Shown piece by piece: positions 16,683 to 26,349 of a stretch of 64,000 nucleotides of DNA. Under the pieces are notes generated by a model that was not told the origin of the DNA, did not search any database, and saw nothing but the letters and a program-made list of their open reading frames with translations. This DNA comes from a virus: positions 42,546-106,545 of IMG/VR virus record IMGVR_UViG_3300046673_000306. One strand, given 5' to 3'. Made by a program: the position numbers and the translations under genes. Numbering within the stretch: position 1 is the first letter of the stretch; each line of letters begins with the position of its first letter.

Positions 16683-17828
16683 TTAGAACGCTATTGCCCA
16701 GCGAATGAAAACGCCCTGGCCCGTGGTTATGTTCGTGAACGTCGGCACGCCCCAGGCCAGTATTTTCGTGCCCGCGTTCCCTATGATGGCGATCTCCCTG
16801 ATGGTGTCGTTTATCCCGAGGTTGAACTGGGCCCGGACCAGAAGGTTCGGGTTCGGCTGATCGGAGACGTCGAGCAGGTTCGGTTGCAGGAGTTCGAGCG
16901 CAACCGGTCCATTGATGGCGCGGTCGCCCAGGAACGATACCTGGGACGGGGAGACCCTGCCAAGCTCGTGGAACATCCGCGTGGGGTTGTAGAAGGTCCT
17001 GGCCCCGATGTCGCACTCCACGTACCCGATGTACACGATCGTCCCGTTCGGAGGCGTCGGCGGCGTCGTCTTTCCCAGCGATGGCATGTTCTGGACCTCG
17101 CCGATGCCGTAGGCTCCGGACATGGTCCCGGTGTCTATGAGGAACAGATGGTTGAAGCAGTCCTGCTGCAAGCAGTTCGGCCCCGTGGCGCTGTTCCCGA
17201 AGCTCAGGGCCAAGTCGTGGGAGGTGTTGGCGACCTCGATGAAGTAGAAGGTGTTAGGGAACCCATTCGGACCGAAATTGTACACGGGGAAGTCGTTGTG
17301 GAGGATGACCGGGTCTATCCCGGTCATCTCGAAGTTGTTCCCGAGGCGGGGGTTGGTCCCGAACGAGGAGTAGGCGCCCCCGACGCCGGAGCCGACCGCG
17401 ACGTGTGATATCCCGGCGAGGGCGCTCTCCGGGGTCTGGCCCATGTCAAACAGGGTCAAAGACGTGGTGTTCCCAATGAGGCCCAGATCATACGTTGGGT
17501 TCCCGGATACGGTGCGGTAGACGTTGTAGCTCAGGGCCCCGGCCACCGCTGACCATGAGATCGAGTTGTAGTTTGCTGACCCTAGGCCAGCGTTGCCCGT
17601 CGCCGTCGTCGCGATAGAGAACGGCAGGCCTTGGCCGTAGGCGGTAACGGACTTTATCACATATGCCCACGTCGAGGAACCGGCGGCTCCGACGTTGGCC
17701 ACCGCCGATGACCCCGGAGCCGGGATCGAGAAGTCTGTAAGCTGCTGCTCGGCGGTACCGGCCATGAGCTGGGAGATCAGGGTCCTTCCGTCTCTGCTCA
17801 TCTGTTGCTGCGTGCTGAGTCCGCTCAT
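16683..17828 (-). CDS. baseplate/tail structural protein with FN3-like insert
   Basis: Position between the FN3-rich protein and the fibre; IREIAI..IRWAIAF C-terminus. Confidence 0.6.
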   Translation of the reverse strand: MSGLSTQQQMSRDGRTLISQLMAGTAEQQLTDFSIPAPGSSAVANVGAAGSSTWAYVIKSVTAYGQGLPFSIATTATGNAGLGSANYNSISWSAVAGALSYNVYRTVSGNPTYDLGLIGNTTSLTLFDMGQTPESALAGISHVAVGSGVGGAYSSFGTNPRLGNNFEMTGIDPVILHNDFPVYNFGPNGFPNTFYFIEVANTSHDLALSFGNSATGPNCLQQDCFNHLFLIDTGTMSGAYGIGEVQNMPSLGKTTPPTPPNGTIVYIGYVECDIGARTFYNPTRMFHELGRVSPSQVSFLGDRAINGPVALELLQPNLLDVSDQPNPNLLVRAQFNLGINDTIREIAIIGNAGTKILAWGVPTFTNITTGQGVFIRWAIAF

Positions 17829-17838
17829 GATATTTCCC

Positions 17839-20800
17839 CTATATTCCTGCGTTGAATCGGAAGAGTTTGGCCGTGTCCAGCGAGCGCCCATAGAAGAAGA
17901 CCCCGCCGTCGAAGGCCAGGCCCTGCACCCGCTCGTTCACGACGTAGGTCTTGGTCAAGACCAGGGTCTGACCCAGGGTGATCGGCGGATTCGGGATCGA
18001 GAAGACATGGACCGTGGTCGAGGTCCCGTTATACAGGGCCGTGGCCACCAGCGAGCCGCCCCCAAGTTCGATCGAGATCGAGCCCGTGGCGAGGTTGATG
18101 AGGTCTCCTGGGTGCCCCACCGGGTCCTCAGTCACCGTGGGAGGCACGTACACCGACGGCAGGGGTATGCTCCCGACCACGGCCCCGATCGGCAGGGGGT
18201 TGTAGCCCAGGTACCCGGCGCTGGCGCTGGGCGGGACGAGGCTCATGTCCACCAGCCAGATTTTCCCGGCCAGGTCCACGATCAGGACCTTGGAGACGGC
18301 GTCCGAGACGAAGTCCAGGACGTAGTTCTGGATGTTGAATATCTCCACTGCCTGATTCGTGCTGCGCTGGACCTGGAACAGCGTAGTGTTGTAGGACGTG
18401 GTCGAGCCTGAGCTGTCGGTCTGGAGGACCATGCACAGGCCGTTGCCTCCAGCAGCCTCGATGCGCAGGGGCTGCGCTGAGGCTCCGACCTCTCCCAGGA
18501 AGGGGAGGGATATGAAGGGCTCAATCGGGTGCGTGATCGCCAGGGTCCTGTCCCAGTTCTGGAACTCGGTCGGGGCCGAGTCCCAGGGTGCGATGCCGCT
18601 GACCCCCGCGCCTTCCTGGGTCGCGAAGGTCCAGCCATCGTAGATTCCCAGGCCAAGCGCGCCCCAGGACTGCGAGTTTCCGGAGAACCCCGCACCTTGA
18701 CCCGCGATCCCGACGTCGAACAGGCCGCTGTCGTTGCTGGCCCCAGACCAGGCCAGGGTACTGATGGGGGCGACCACGCGCGCCAGGGTCACCGCGTCTA
18801 TGAGGTACATGGAGTCCCCGGCCCCGGCGGCGACCACCCTCGTCAGGTCCCCGCTCTGGATCGACGCGGTCCCGGCGTAGTCCGAGGAGGACGCGAGGAG
18901 GATCGGCTCGTAGCCCACGGGGTTGTTCGTGACCTTGACGATGCCGTTAGCGCACCCCGCGAACACGCCGTTTCCGTTCTCGGTCAGGGCATCCCTAGAG
19001 CCGAAGGTCCTGACGACGTTGACCATGCCCAGGGGCATGAAAACGGCGTCGTACAGGGTCTGATGCACCGTCACCGAGTTCGGGCCCGACTCGATCGCGG
19101 AGAACATCGACGCCGAGTAGCTGAGGACGTCGCCGATGTTCCCGGGGGCGACCAGGGCGTTGTCGACGTACGTCATGGGGGAGGCCGAGGCCGGTATCGT
19201 GGCGATGGCGCTCATGGCCGAGCCATTGACGCTGCGGCTGATCAAGACTTGATCGCCAGCGGCGTAGGCGTACCCCGCCGGGGGCGTGATCGTGAGCGTG
19301 ACCTGGGTTCTGTTCGTCTGCGACGTAGTGATAACGGGCGCGCCCATTCGGCAGGTGAAGACGGCGATGTTTGATTGCGGAGAGGTGTTGTCCGCGTCCA
19401 CGGCGTAGACCCAGTACTGCACGGTGTCGCCCATGTTCATCGGGTATGTGTCCCGGTAGCTCCTCAGCGCCGGGTTCGCGTCGTTGCAGACCAGGATCGG
19501 GGCCTCGTACGAGGTGGGGGACCCGGTCACGAACTTCTGGCGCCAGACCTCGAAGCCGGTGGCCAGGGTATTGGCGTCGGACCAGGTCACTAGGTTCTGG
19601 GTCGACAGGGGCCTAGTCACCGCGACCCCGGTGGGGGCGGACAAGGCCAGGTCGGTCGAGACCGTTAGGGAATAGGCCCCGAGGTTCTTGGGCACCGCGA
19701 CGTCGCTGAGTATGAGGTAGGCCTGCTTGATCTCCCTGACCCTGAACGAGACTAGGGCCCCGGGGGCGCCGTTGACGGCGACCGTGACCGTCGTCTGCCC
19801 AGGGGGCACGCGCGCGACCTCCACGAACGTGCCGTTGTTCGAGAACGCGGTCTCGATCGCGGTGTAGTCCATGTAGAGGTTGTTCGTGGTCCAGGTCAGG
19901 GTCGCCATGTTATCCGGAGTCCCCACGACCTGGAGGTCCTGCGGGGGGTCGAACGGGGTCGTGACGATGATCGGGATTGAGGCCGGACCCTGCTCCTGGT
20001 TGTCGAAGTTCTGGACGGAGTAGGCGTAGACCGCCCCGGAGATGATCGGGGCGTCGTCGACGAACTCCGTGACCGAGGCCGCGACGCTGGCGATAAGGGT
20101 CAGCGGGGCTCCGTCCATGGACTTGTAGACCAGGGTCCCGCGCACGAACGGGCTTATGTTCTGCCAGGACACGTTGATGACCCCGGCCCCGGTGATCGCC
20201 ACTGAGACGTTGTCTGGCGCAACCAGCTCCTGGACGATGATGATCTGGATAGAGTTCGACCAGGGGCTGACCGCCGTCGCGTTATCGGCCCGAACCCGGT
20301 ACGAGACGAAGGTCCCTACAGGGTAGTCGAAGACGTCGGTGAAGGAAGTGGTCCCCCCCGGGACCGTGATCAGGGGTCCGATCACGGGCAAGAACGCGGG
20401 AGCCTCCATGATCGTGCGCTGGATCGAGTACGATGTCTCCAGGTCCTCGTTGATGACCAGGTTCGTGTCGGTCCAGGTCAGGATCGCGCCGATGTCTGCG
20501 GCGGGGACCACGGAGACGAGGACGGGCGCGTTCAGGGGCGCTGTGACGCTGAATGCCGCTGACGTCGGCCCCGCGAAGTCCTGGTTGAAGGCCTCGACCT
20601 TGAAGGTGTATATCTGTCCAGGCACTATGACCACGGAGTAGACGTAGGTCAGCGTCCCCGGGGCAACGACGGCGACCTGGTCGAAGACCGTGGTGCTGCC
20701 GACGTCCAGGTACACGCGGACCCCCTTCTCGTCGGACACTGCCGGGTAGTTGGGGTCGGTCCAGACCAAGGTGATCTGGGTCCCTCCTCCGATGGTCGCG

Positions 20801-21765
20801 GAGGTGATGACCGGGGCCGCCATAGTCTGCGGCACGACCACGCTCTGGGCTGCGGAGAATGGTCCGACGTCGCCCGTGGACGGCGACACCGCCCTGACCC
20901 TGTAGGTGTAGGTCCCCGGGACCATGCCCAGGTACCCGAAGGCGTCGTCGTAGGCCCCGGTTGGGGCTGGCCCAGCGGCCATGGTCATCGAGGACAGGAG
21001 CAGGAACGGTCCGGCTCCGACGCTCCTCCAGACTTCGACCTGGTCACCGGCGCCGTAGGTGTTGGGGTCGGTCCAGGCCAGGGCAATGAGCCCGACCTTG
21101 ATCGCGGGGATGGCCAGCGGCGGGGAGATCGTGAAGTCCGGGGTGTAGATCGGGACCGCCAGGGTCTGCGCCGAGAACGAGGATGGGACGGTGATGGAGG
21201 ACGGGGCGCTGAGCGTCGTGGTCTGGTACTTGTTCGTGACCTGGACTTCGTAGGAGTAGGTGTGTCCGGGGGGAGGCGCGGAGGCCGCGATGGTCGCCCC
21301 CGGCAGTATGGTCATCCCGGGGGTTCCCGCCGTGACCGTGACGGCCCCGGAATCGGTGGCCGCCGCCGTATCCAGAGACATGATCACGGGAGTGGGTGAG
21401 GCGAGGACCCCGGCGGGGATCACTGCGTCGGAAAATGCGTAGGAGATTCCCGAGAAAGTGTACCCCTCTTCGGTCCCGGCTCCGGCGGACACGGTGTAGA
21501 AGTACTGGGTCAGGGACGACTCCACGGCTCCGGTATCGATCCTGTGACCATCGTTGCCGTTATCCGGGTTTCCATCCACGTAGTATTTCAGGAAGTAGGA
21601 GTACCGAGTCAGGTCCGCCCCGGAATTGGGGTCGCTGAGACCCAGGATCAGGGACGTCCCCGAGGCGGAAATCCCGGTGATCGACACCGGTTGGAGGGGG
21701 ACGAAGGTATCGACCTCGAACAGCTCGAAGAAGTTGCCGCTGCGTACGGGTCTGATGACGCTCAT
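17839..21765 (-). CDS. large fibronectin type III-repeat tail/baseplate protein
   Basis: About 7-8 units of L.WTD..V.RS..Y.D..Y.YRVRA; ATG 21765 overlaps the upstream stop. Confidence 0.8.
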   Translation of the reverse strand: MSVIRPVRSGNFFELFEVDTFVPLQPVSITGISASGTSLILGLSDPNSGADLTRYSYFLKYYVDGNPDNGNDGHRIDTGAVESSLTQYFYTVSAGAGTEEGYTFSGISYAFSDAVIPAGVLASPTPVIMSLDTAAATDSGAVTVTAGTPGMTILPGATIAASAPPPGHTYSYEVQVTNKYQTTTLSAPSSITVPSSFSAQTLAVPIYTPDFTISPPLAIPAIKVGLIALAWTDPNTYGAGDQVEVWRSVGAGPFLLLSSMTMAAGPAPTGAYDDAFGYLGMVPGTYTYRVRAVSPSTGDVGPFSAAQSVVVPQTMAAPVITSATIGGGTQITLVWTDPNYPAVSDEKGVRVYLDVGSTTVFDQVAVVAPGTLTYVYSVVIVPGQIYTFKVEAFNQDFAGPTSAAFSVTAPLNAPVLVSVVPAADIGAILTWTDTNLVINEDLETSYSIQRTIMEAPAFLPVIGPLITVPGGTTSFTDVFDYPVGTFVSYRVRADNATAVSPWSNSIQIIIVQELVAPDNVSVAITGAGVINVSWQNISPFVRGTLVYKSMDGAPLTLIASVAASVTEFVDDAPIISGAVYAYSVQNFDNQEQGPASIPIIVTTPFDPPQDLQVVGTPDNMATLTWTTNNLYMDYTAIETAFSNNGTFVEVARVPPGQTTVTVAVNGAPGALVSFRVREIKQAYLILSDVAVPKNLGAYSLTVSTDLALSAPTGVAVTRPLSTQNLVTWSDANTLATGFEVWRQKFVTGSPTSYEAPILVCNDANPALRSYRDTYPMNMGDTVQYWVYAVDADNTSPQSNIAVFTCRMGAPVITTSQTNRTQVTLTITPPAGYAYAAGDQVLISRSVNGSAMSAIATIPASASPMTYVDNALVAPGNIGDVLSYSASMFSAIESGPNSVTVHQTLYDAVFMPLGMVNVVRTFGSRDALTENGNGVFAGCANGIVKVTNNPVGYEPILLASSSDYAGTASIQSGDLTRVVAAGAGDSMYLIDAVTLARVVAPISTLAWSGASNDSGLFDVGIAGQGAGFSGNSQSWGALGLGIYDGWTFATQEGAGVSGIAPWDSAPTEFQNWDRTLAITHPIEPFISLPFLGEVGASAQPLRIEAAGGNGLCMVLQTDSSGSTTSYNTTLFQVQRSTNQAVEIFNIQNYVLDFVSDAVSKVLIVDLAGKIWLVDMSLVPPSASAGYLGYNPLPIGAVVGSIPLPSVYVPPTVTEDPVGHPGDLINLATGSISIELGGGSLVATALYNGTSTTVHVFSIPNPPITLGQTLVLTKTYVVNERVQGLAFDGGVFFYGRSLDTAKLFRFNAGI

Positions 21766-22391
21766 GGGCCAGGTATCTCCTGCTGGGATATGAGGGCGAT
21801 GAACTGGTGCGCGGGCGTGACGAAGGCCAGGGCAGGCGGGACGAAGGTGAGCATCCTTATATCCGCAGTATTGGCGACGCTCACGACCTGGACCTGGGTC
21901 CCGAACGGGTCGAATCCAAGGCTCCTGAGGAGCACGCCCGGCATCCACTCGGCCAAGGGGTTGTTCCAGGTATTGTTGGGCAGGGGGCTGTTCAGGATAA
22001 AGAACTGGGTCGGGTCCGGGGGCACGCCGGGGCCGATGAACCTGGCCGCGTCATTGAAGTAGTCCCGGATCACGACCGTGGCCGATGGTGCGTAGGCGTG
22101 AACCATGTCGATCAGGCACTGCTTGAACGGGGCCTCCAGGCGGGACTTGATAGTGCCTAGGAGGATGTTCCGGTACTGCTCCGTGGTGAAGCTGGGATCG
22201 AACGCCACCTGTAGGAGCGTGCCCCAGTTCGGTTGCAGGGTGTCGGGCCTGGCCGTGGCGATGTTCCGGTCGGAATTGACGCTGTTGATCTCGGCGTCCG
22301 CCGCGTTCATCTGGTCAGCCTGGAGCCAGATCGTGAGCAGGATGTTCGACGAGGTCAGCGACACCGGTACGAAGTTTATTGGGGTTGGCAT
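21762..22391 (-). CDS. baseplate wedge protein (gpI/gp7-like)
   Basis: TA.PDTL..NWG.LL....EQYR; follows baseplate J. Confidence 0.55.
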   Translation of the reverse strand: MPTPINFVPVSLTSSNILLTIWLQADQMNAADAEINSVNSDRNIATARPDTLQPNWGTLLQVAFDPSFTTEQYRNILLGTIKSRLEAPFKQCLIDMVHAYAPSATVVIRDYFNDAARFIGPGVPPDPTQFFILNSPLPNNTWNNPLAEWMPGVLLRSLGFDPFGTQVQVVSVANTADIRMLTFVPPALAFVTPAHQFIALISQQEIPGP

Positions 22392-22394
22392 GTT

Positions 22395-22751
22395 CTAGGG
22401 CACGTAGTACTGGGCCCGGATCAGGCTCGGGCCGGGGTTGAGCACGATCGTGGTGGACCAGCCCCCGGTCGCATCCGCGACGATGCTCGTGGTCGGAGAC
22501 TGGTTGATGTTGTTGACGAGGACGATGATCGTGGACCCTGGGGTGGCCGTGCCCCTTACCGCTACGGACTCGATCTCCGGGACCGTGAAATCCGTCGAGG
22601 AGTTGTAGACGTAGTATGGGATAAGCTGGGCCATGGCCACGAAGAACTTGTTCGAGGCCTCAGGGAGGACCACGATCATGTCGATGATCGGCGTCGGCCC
22701 CACGGGGACCTCGATGCTTACCTGCGACGGCAGAGACTGGACTATCGGCAT
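22395..22751 (-). CDS. small Ig-like baseplate protein
   Basis: VRGTATPGSTI.V..ADATGGWS..I.L.PG Big-domain pattern. Confidence 0.55.
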   Translation of the reverse strand: MPIVQSLPSQVSIEVPVGPTPIIDMIVVLPEASNKFFVAMAQLIPYYVYNSSTDFTVPEIESVAVRGTATPGSTIIVLVNNINQSPTTSIVADATGGWSTTIVLNPGPSLIRAQYYVP

Positions 22752-22758
22752 AGGTTTC

Positions 22759-24384
22759 TCAGCTCGCGATGTAGATCGTTATATCCCCGGCCAGCGGATA
22801 CTGATCCCGGCCCAGGACGATGGTCGAGGCCGTGGCCTGGCCCCTGATCGCCAGCAGCGCCAGGGGCTCGGTATCGTTGACCCCCGCGACGCTGTCGATC
22901 AGATCGAAGCTGGTGCTGTACTTGATTGTGGCCCCGAGCGTCAACCCCCCGATGTACTCGGCGATGTTCGATTGAATCTGGGCCACGGTCGCGACGGGAT
23001 CGGCGCCGGGCACGAGCGTGATCGTATCCGTTACGTCGATGAAGACCTCGATCGCGGACCTGGGCAACAAATTCCTGGCCGGGACCGCGTTCATGTTCTG
23101 GTTCATGAAGAAGTCGAGGGCGTTCTGCAACACGCCGTTGTACTGGTAGGTCACGGTCAGGACGTCGCCACCGCTGACCCCGGAGATCACGACCAGAGAA
23201 TCGGTGGAACTCGTGCTCTCGGAGACGTCGCTGACGTCCTTGGCCAGCAAATACTGGGTCGGGGGCAGGGTCACGGATGTCGTGGTGTCGTAGACGCTTG
23301 TGATCGAGAGCACGGGCTGTAGGCTGAGGACCATCGGGGTTCCGACTAAGGTCGGGACCGTGATGGTGTCGACCTGAGTCAGACCTATGTTTGCCTCGGC
23401 CTGGATGTAGAGGTCGACGTAGCCTCCCGCGCCCTCGGCCCTGGTCAGCAGAGGGTCACCGGCGCCGACGACCAGGGCATCAATTACGTTTGGAAGCGTC
23501 AGGGCCAGGCGCCGGATGCCACGGAAGGTCACGGCGTCATTGGCCAAGAACGTGGCCTGTATCCTGGCCGCGAAGTCGGCGGCGGACTCGGAGTCGGTTC
23601 CGCCCGTGGTCGCGTTCTGGTTATAGACCGTGGACACGCCCGTGATCGTTGACCCCAGGAGCGTGATCGTCCCGGGGCCGACATTGCCCGCCGCGCCCGC
23701 GACCTGGGCCTGGATCGGGATCGTGACGCTGGATTGCCCCGGGTAAATGGTCCCGCTCTCGGTCGTGATGAAACCCAGTGACGTCTGGGCCGTGGTCGAG
23801 AGCGTGGACACCACCTCTCCCAGGGGCACGACGATCGGAATCGTCGTGATCTGAGGCGCACTGAACGTAGCGAACCCGGTGCTGAACGTTGGCCCGCCAG
23901 GGGTCAGATTGAAGTTGGCGCCGTAGTCGGCGAGTTCGGTGCCCTGAAACTCGTCGACGTTGGAGAGGGAGTAGATGTCGGCCACGCGTTGGATCGAGGA
24001 GTAGAGGTTGGCCAGGCTCGTGCTCGGGAGGTCGCAGAACAGGTTCATGGTCACGGACCCGTCCTGGGTCGAGGCCAGAGGCTGGAGCGCCCCGAGGTTG
24101 GTCTGCATCTCGGTCCTGACCGTGACGAAGTCCTTGAACGACGAGTCCCCCTGGAAGGTGTAGGTCGCGTAGTAGGCAACGCCGGTGGCGGGCTGCTTGC
24201 CCGGCAGCGACCAGTCCACGCCTCCGCTTGTCAGCTGATAGTCGACGCCAAGGGTGAAGTCGGCCTCGGACGCGGAGTACCCGACGTTGACTAGGGATAG
24301 GGCGGTGAAGGCCAGGGCGTCGATCCCCCCGGGATCGCCCTTGAACACCCGCTCTGTTATCTGGTTAATAAGAGGGATTGCCAT
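22759..24384 (-). CDS. baseplate J-like protein
   Basis: AQVAGAAGNVGPGTI..V.N..ATTGGTDSES.ADF.ARI motif. Confidence 0.85.
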   Translation of the reverse strand: MAIPLINQITERVFKGDPGGIDALAFTALSLVNVGYSASEADFTLGVDYQLTSGGVDWSLPGKQPATGVAYYATYTFQGDSSFKDFVTVRTEMQTNLGALQPLASTQDGSVTMNLFCDLPSTSLANLYSSIQRVADIYSLSNVDEFQGTELADYGANFNLTPGGPTFSTGFATFSAPQITTIPIVVPLGEVVSTLSTTAQTSLGFITTESGTIYPGQSSVTIPIQAQVAGAAGNVGPGTITLLGSTITGVSTVYNQNATTGGTDSESAADFAARIQATFLANDAVTFRGIRRLALTLPNVIDALVVGAGDPLLTRAEGAGGYVDLYIQAEANIGLTQVDTITVPTLVGTPMVLSLQPVLSITSVYDTTTSVTLPPTQYLLAKDVSDVSESTSSTDSLVVISGVSGGDVLTVTYQYNGVLQNALDFFMNQNMNAVPARNLLPRSAIEVFIDVTDTITLVPGADPVATVAQIQSNIAEYIGGLTLGATIKYSTSFDLIDSVAGVNDTEPLALLAIRGQATASTIVLGRDQYPLAGDITIYIAS

Positions 24385-24396
24385 GGTTTTTCCTTG

Positions 24397-24831
24397 CTAT
24401 TGGGTTTGCCCTTGACCTGCGAGCTGCTGGGCGAAGACCAGGCGCTCCCCGGCCTGGCTCACGATCGCGATCTGGACCTCGATGCCGGTGTTCGAGGTCG
24501 GGATCACGGCGATGGCGTCGACGTGGTCGATCAGCTCCGAGTAGGTCATGGTCTGGATCGTGGTCTGGGTCGCTTGCAGGGATTGGAGCAGGGACAAGGC
24601 CTGCGAGCAGGTGTTGGCCACGATCCCCTGCACCGTCGAGAAATCCATGGGTTTGCCCATCAGGCCTCTCAGCTTCGTCCCGTACTGGACGTTCCCGGGG
24701 TCGGAGCCGAGTGGGGTCAGCATGATCTTTGACACGTCCTGGGCCAGCTTCGCCGTGTTCTGGACGATCATGGGGTTGCCGTCAGAGCCGAAGGAGATGT
24801 CGCCGTTGAGGAGCTGGAGGTCGTAGCTCAT
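24397..24831 (-). CDS. gp25/gpW-like baseplate wedge (sheath initiator)
   Basis: GDI.F..DG....KL.QDV.KI.LTPLGS.P...YGT.L motif. Confidence 0.8.
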   Translation of the reverse strand: MSYDLQLLNGDISFGSDGNPMIVQNTAKLAQDVSKIMLTPLGSDPGNVQYGTKLRGLMGKPMDFSTVQGIVANTCSQALSLLQSLQATQTTIQTMTYSELIDHVDAIAVIPTSNTGIEVQIAIVSQAGERLVFAQQLAGQGQTQ

Positions 24832-26348
24832 GCGAGTACCGTTATGTTTCCTGTGGTTATTTTTGAAGTCAAGGACGACGGCGCCAGATTCACCGCCGCC
24901 GCCGCCGCCGCAATCGATCCGGACAGGGCGCCGGGGGGAAGCACAGACGGGGCTTCAGATATGAATAAATTCAGGAACGCGGTTAGGGCCTGGACGAAGG
25001 GCCAAAATTTTGGGTCCGATGCCACATCGGACACCACGGTGTCATTGATTCTGGAAATACCTTGTCCGGTATATCCCATTGACGCAGGTATTGTTGGGGG
25101 GCCTGCCCAGCTGTTCAACACGATCTGGTTCCCGGACAGGTTCAGGGTTCCGGTGGCGGCGGCGATGCTAATGTGGCCTTTGAGTGCTATTAACTCGTAG
25201 TCCCCGGTCGCGAGCGTGGTGCTGATGTCTCCGGTGATCTCCACCGTGGAGTCCCCGTAGACGTTCCGGAACTCGTTTCCATATAGGATCATCTGATCCG
25301 GAACCGATCCAGTCGCGGTCCCGATCTGAGTGACTCTCCCGTTGCCCAGGGGATCGCCACTGATAAACACCGTCGCCGACGCGGCCTCGTATGAATCGGA
25401 ATTGTCTATGCTCAGGTACCTGTCGGACATGCTTAGATTCGCGGGCCCGGTCAGCGTCTCATTCAGGCTATACGAATTTAGATTTATGCTGTTGTCGGCG
25501 TTGATCGTTCGGTCCTGGGAGCCCTCGACCAGGGACTGATTCGTGTCGAAGCTCTTGTTCTGAGTCATCTCCGTCACGGCGTTATCGGCCTTGACCATGT
25601 AATTCTGGCACTGGACCGAGAACGTGCCATTTGATTCAAAACTGACGTCCCCGGCGTTGGCGAATGTGACCTCTCCGGTCTTCCCATTTATGTAGAGCTG
25701 GAACAAGCTGGTCTTATCTCCCGCAGACTGATCCATGAGGTTGTCGGCCATGTAGCTGAGTTCAGCCTGGTTGGTCATGTACAGAGTCGATCCCAAAAGT
25801 TGCTTGTTGATCGAGGCCGGGAGCGGCAACTGCGTGACTGGGTCCATCAGGAAAGCCGGAGCATGGCAGTTCGGGCATTGCTCGATCAATGTCGTGGCGT
25901 TGATATTCGCTTCCCAGGCGGTCAACAAGGACGTTACGCCGCAGGTAAGGCACTTGGCGGAATCCCCGCGAACTCGAATATATACCTCTCCCTCTTGCAG
26001 GTCCTCAGGCATACCATAGACCTGCTTGTACATCTGGTAGTATGAGTCCGGGGCCATGGTGTTAAGGGGATAGTAGCCGAGGACCAGGGGCATCTGCATC
26101 GGTCTGATCCCGACCACGACATGTGTCCCCACCGTGGGAACGGCGAATATCCCTCCGCCGGGGTAGGCCATGGGCATAGGGATCGGGACCGTGGTCCTCG
26201 TGCTGGTCTTATCCAAGATGTTCAGGCTGCACATCATATTCACGGTGTCAACGCTCGTGATCTGGGCGAGCCTCAGGTACTTCACTTCCTCGACCGCCTG
26301 CCGGTTGCCCTGGTTAAAGAATAGGTCAGATAAATTATTTTTGATCAT
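24828..26348 (-). CDS. baseplate central spike (gp5/gpV-like) with Zn-ribbon insert
   Basis: OB-fold start (P.VGTHVVVG..P.VLGY), beta-helix repeats, CLTC..CPNC insert. Confidence 0.7.
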   Translation of the reverse strand: MIKNNLSDLFFNQGNRQAVEEVKYLRLAQITSVDTVNMMCSLNILDKTSTRTTVPIPMPMAYPGGGIFAVPTVGTHVVVGIRPMQMPLVLGYYPLNTMAPDSYYQMYKQVYGMPEDLQEGEVYIRVRGDSAKCLTCGVTSLLTAWEANINATTLIEQCPNCHAPAFLMDPVTQLPLPASINKQLLGSTLYMTNQAELSYMADNLMDQSAGDKTSLFQLYINGKTGEVTFANAGDVSFESNGTFSVQCQNYMVKADNAVTEMTQNKSFDTNQSLVEGSQDRTINADNSINLNSYSLNETLTGPANLSMSDRYLSIDNSDSYEAASATVFISGDPLGNGRVTQIGTATGSVPDQMILYGNEFRNVYGDSTVEITGDISTTLATGDYELIALKGHISIAAATGTLNLSGNQIVLNSWAGPPTIPASMGYTGQGISRINDTVVSDVASDPKFWPFVQALTAFLNLFISEAPSVLPPGALSGSIAAAAAAVNLAPSSLTSKITTGNITVLA

Positions 26349-26349
26349 A

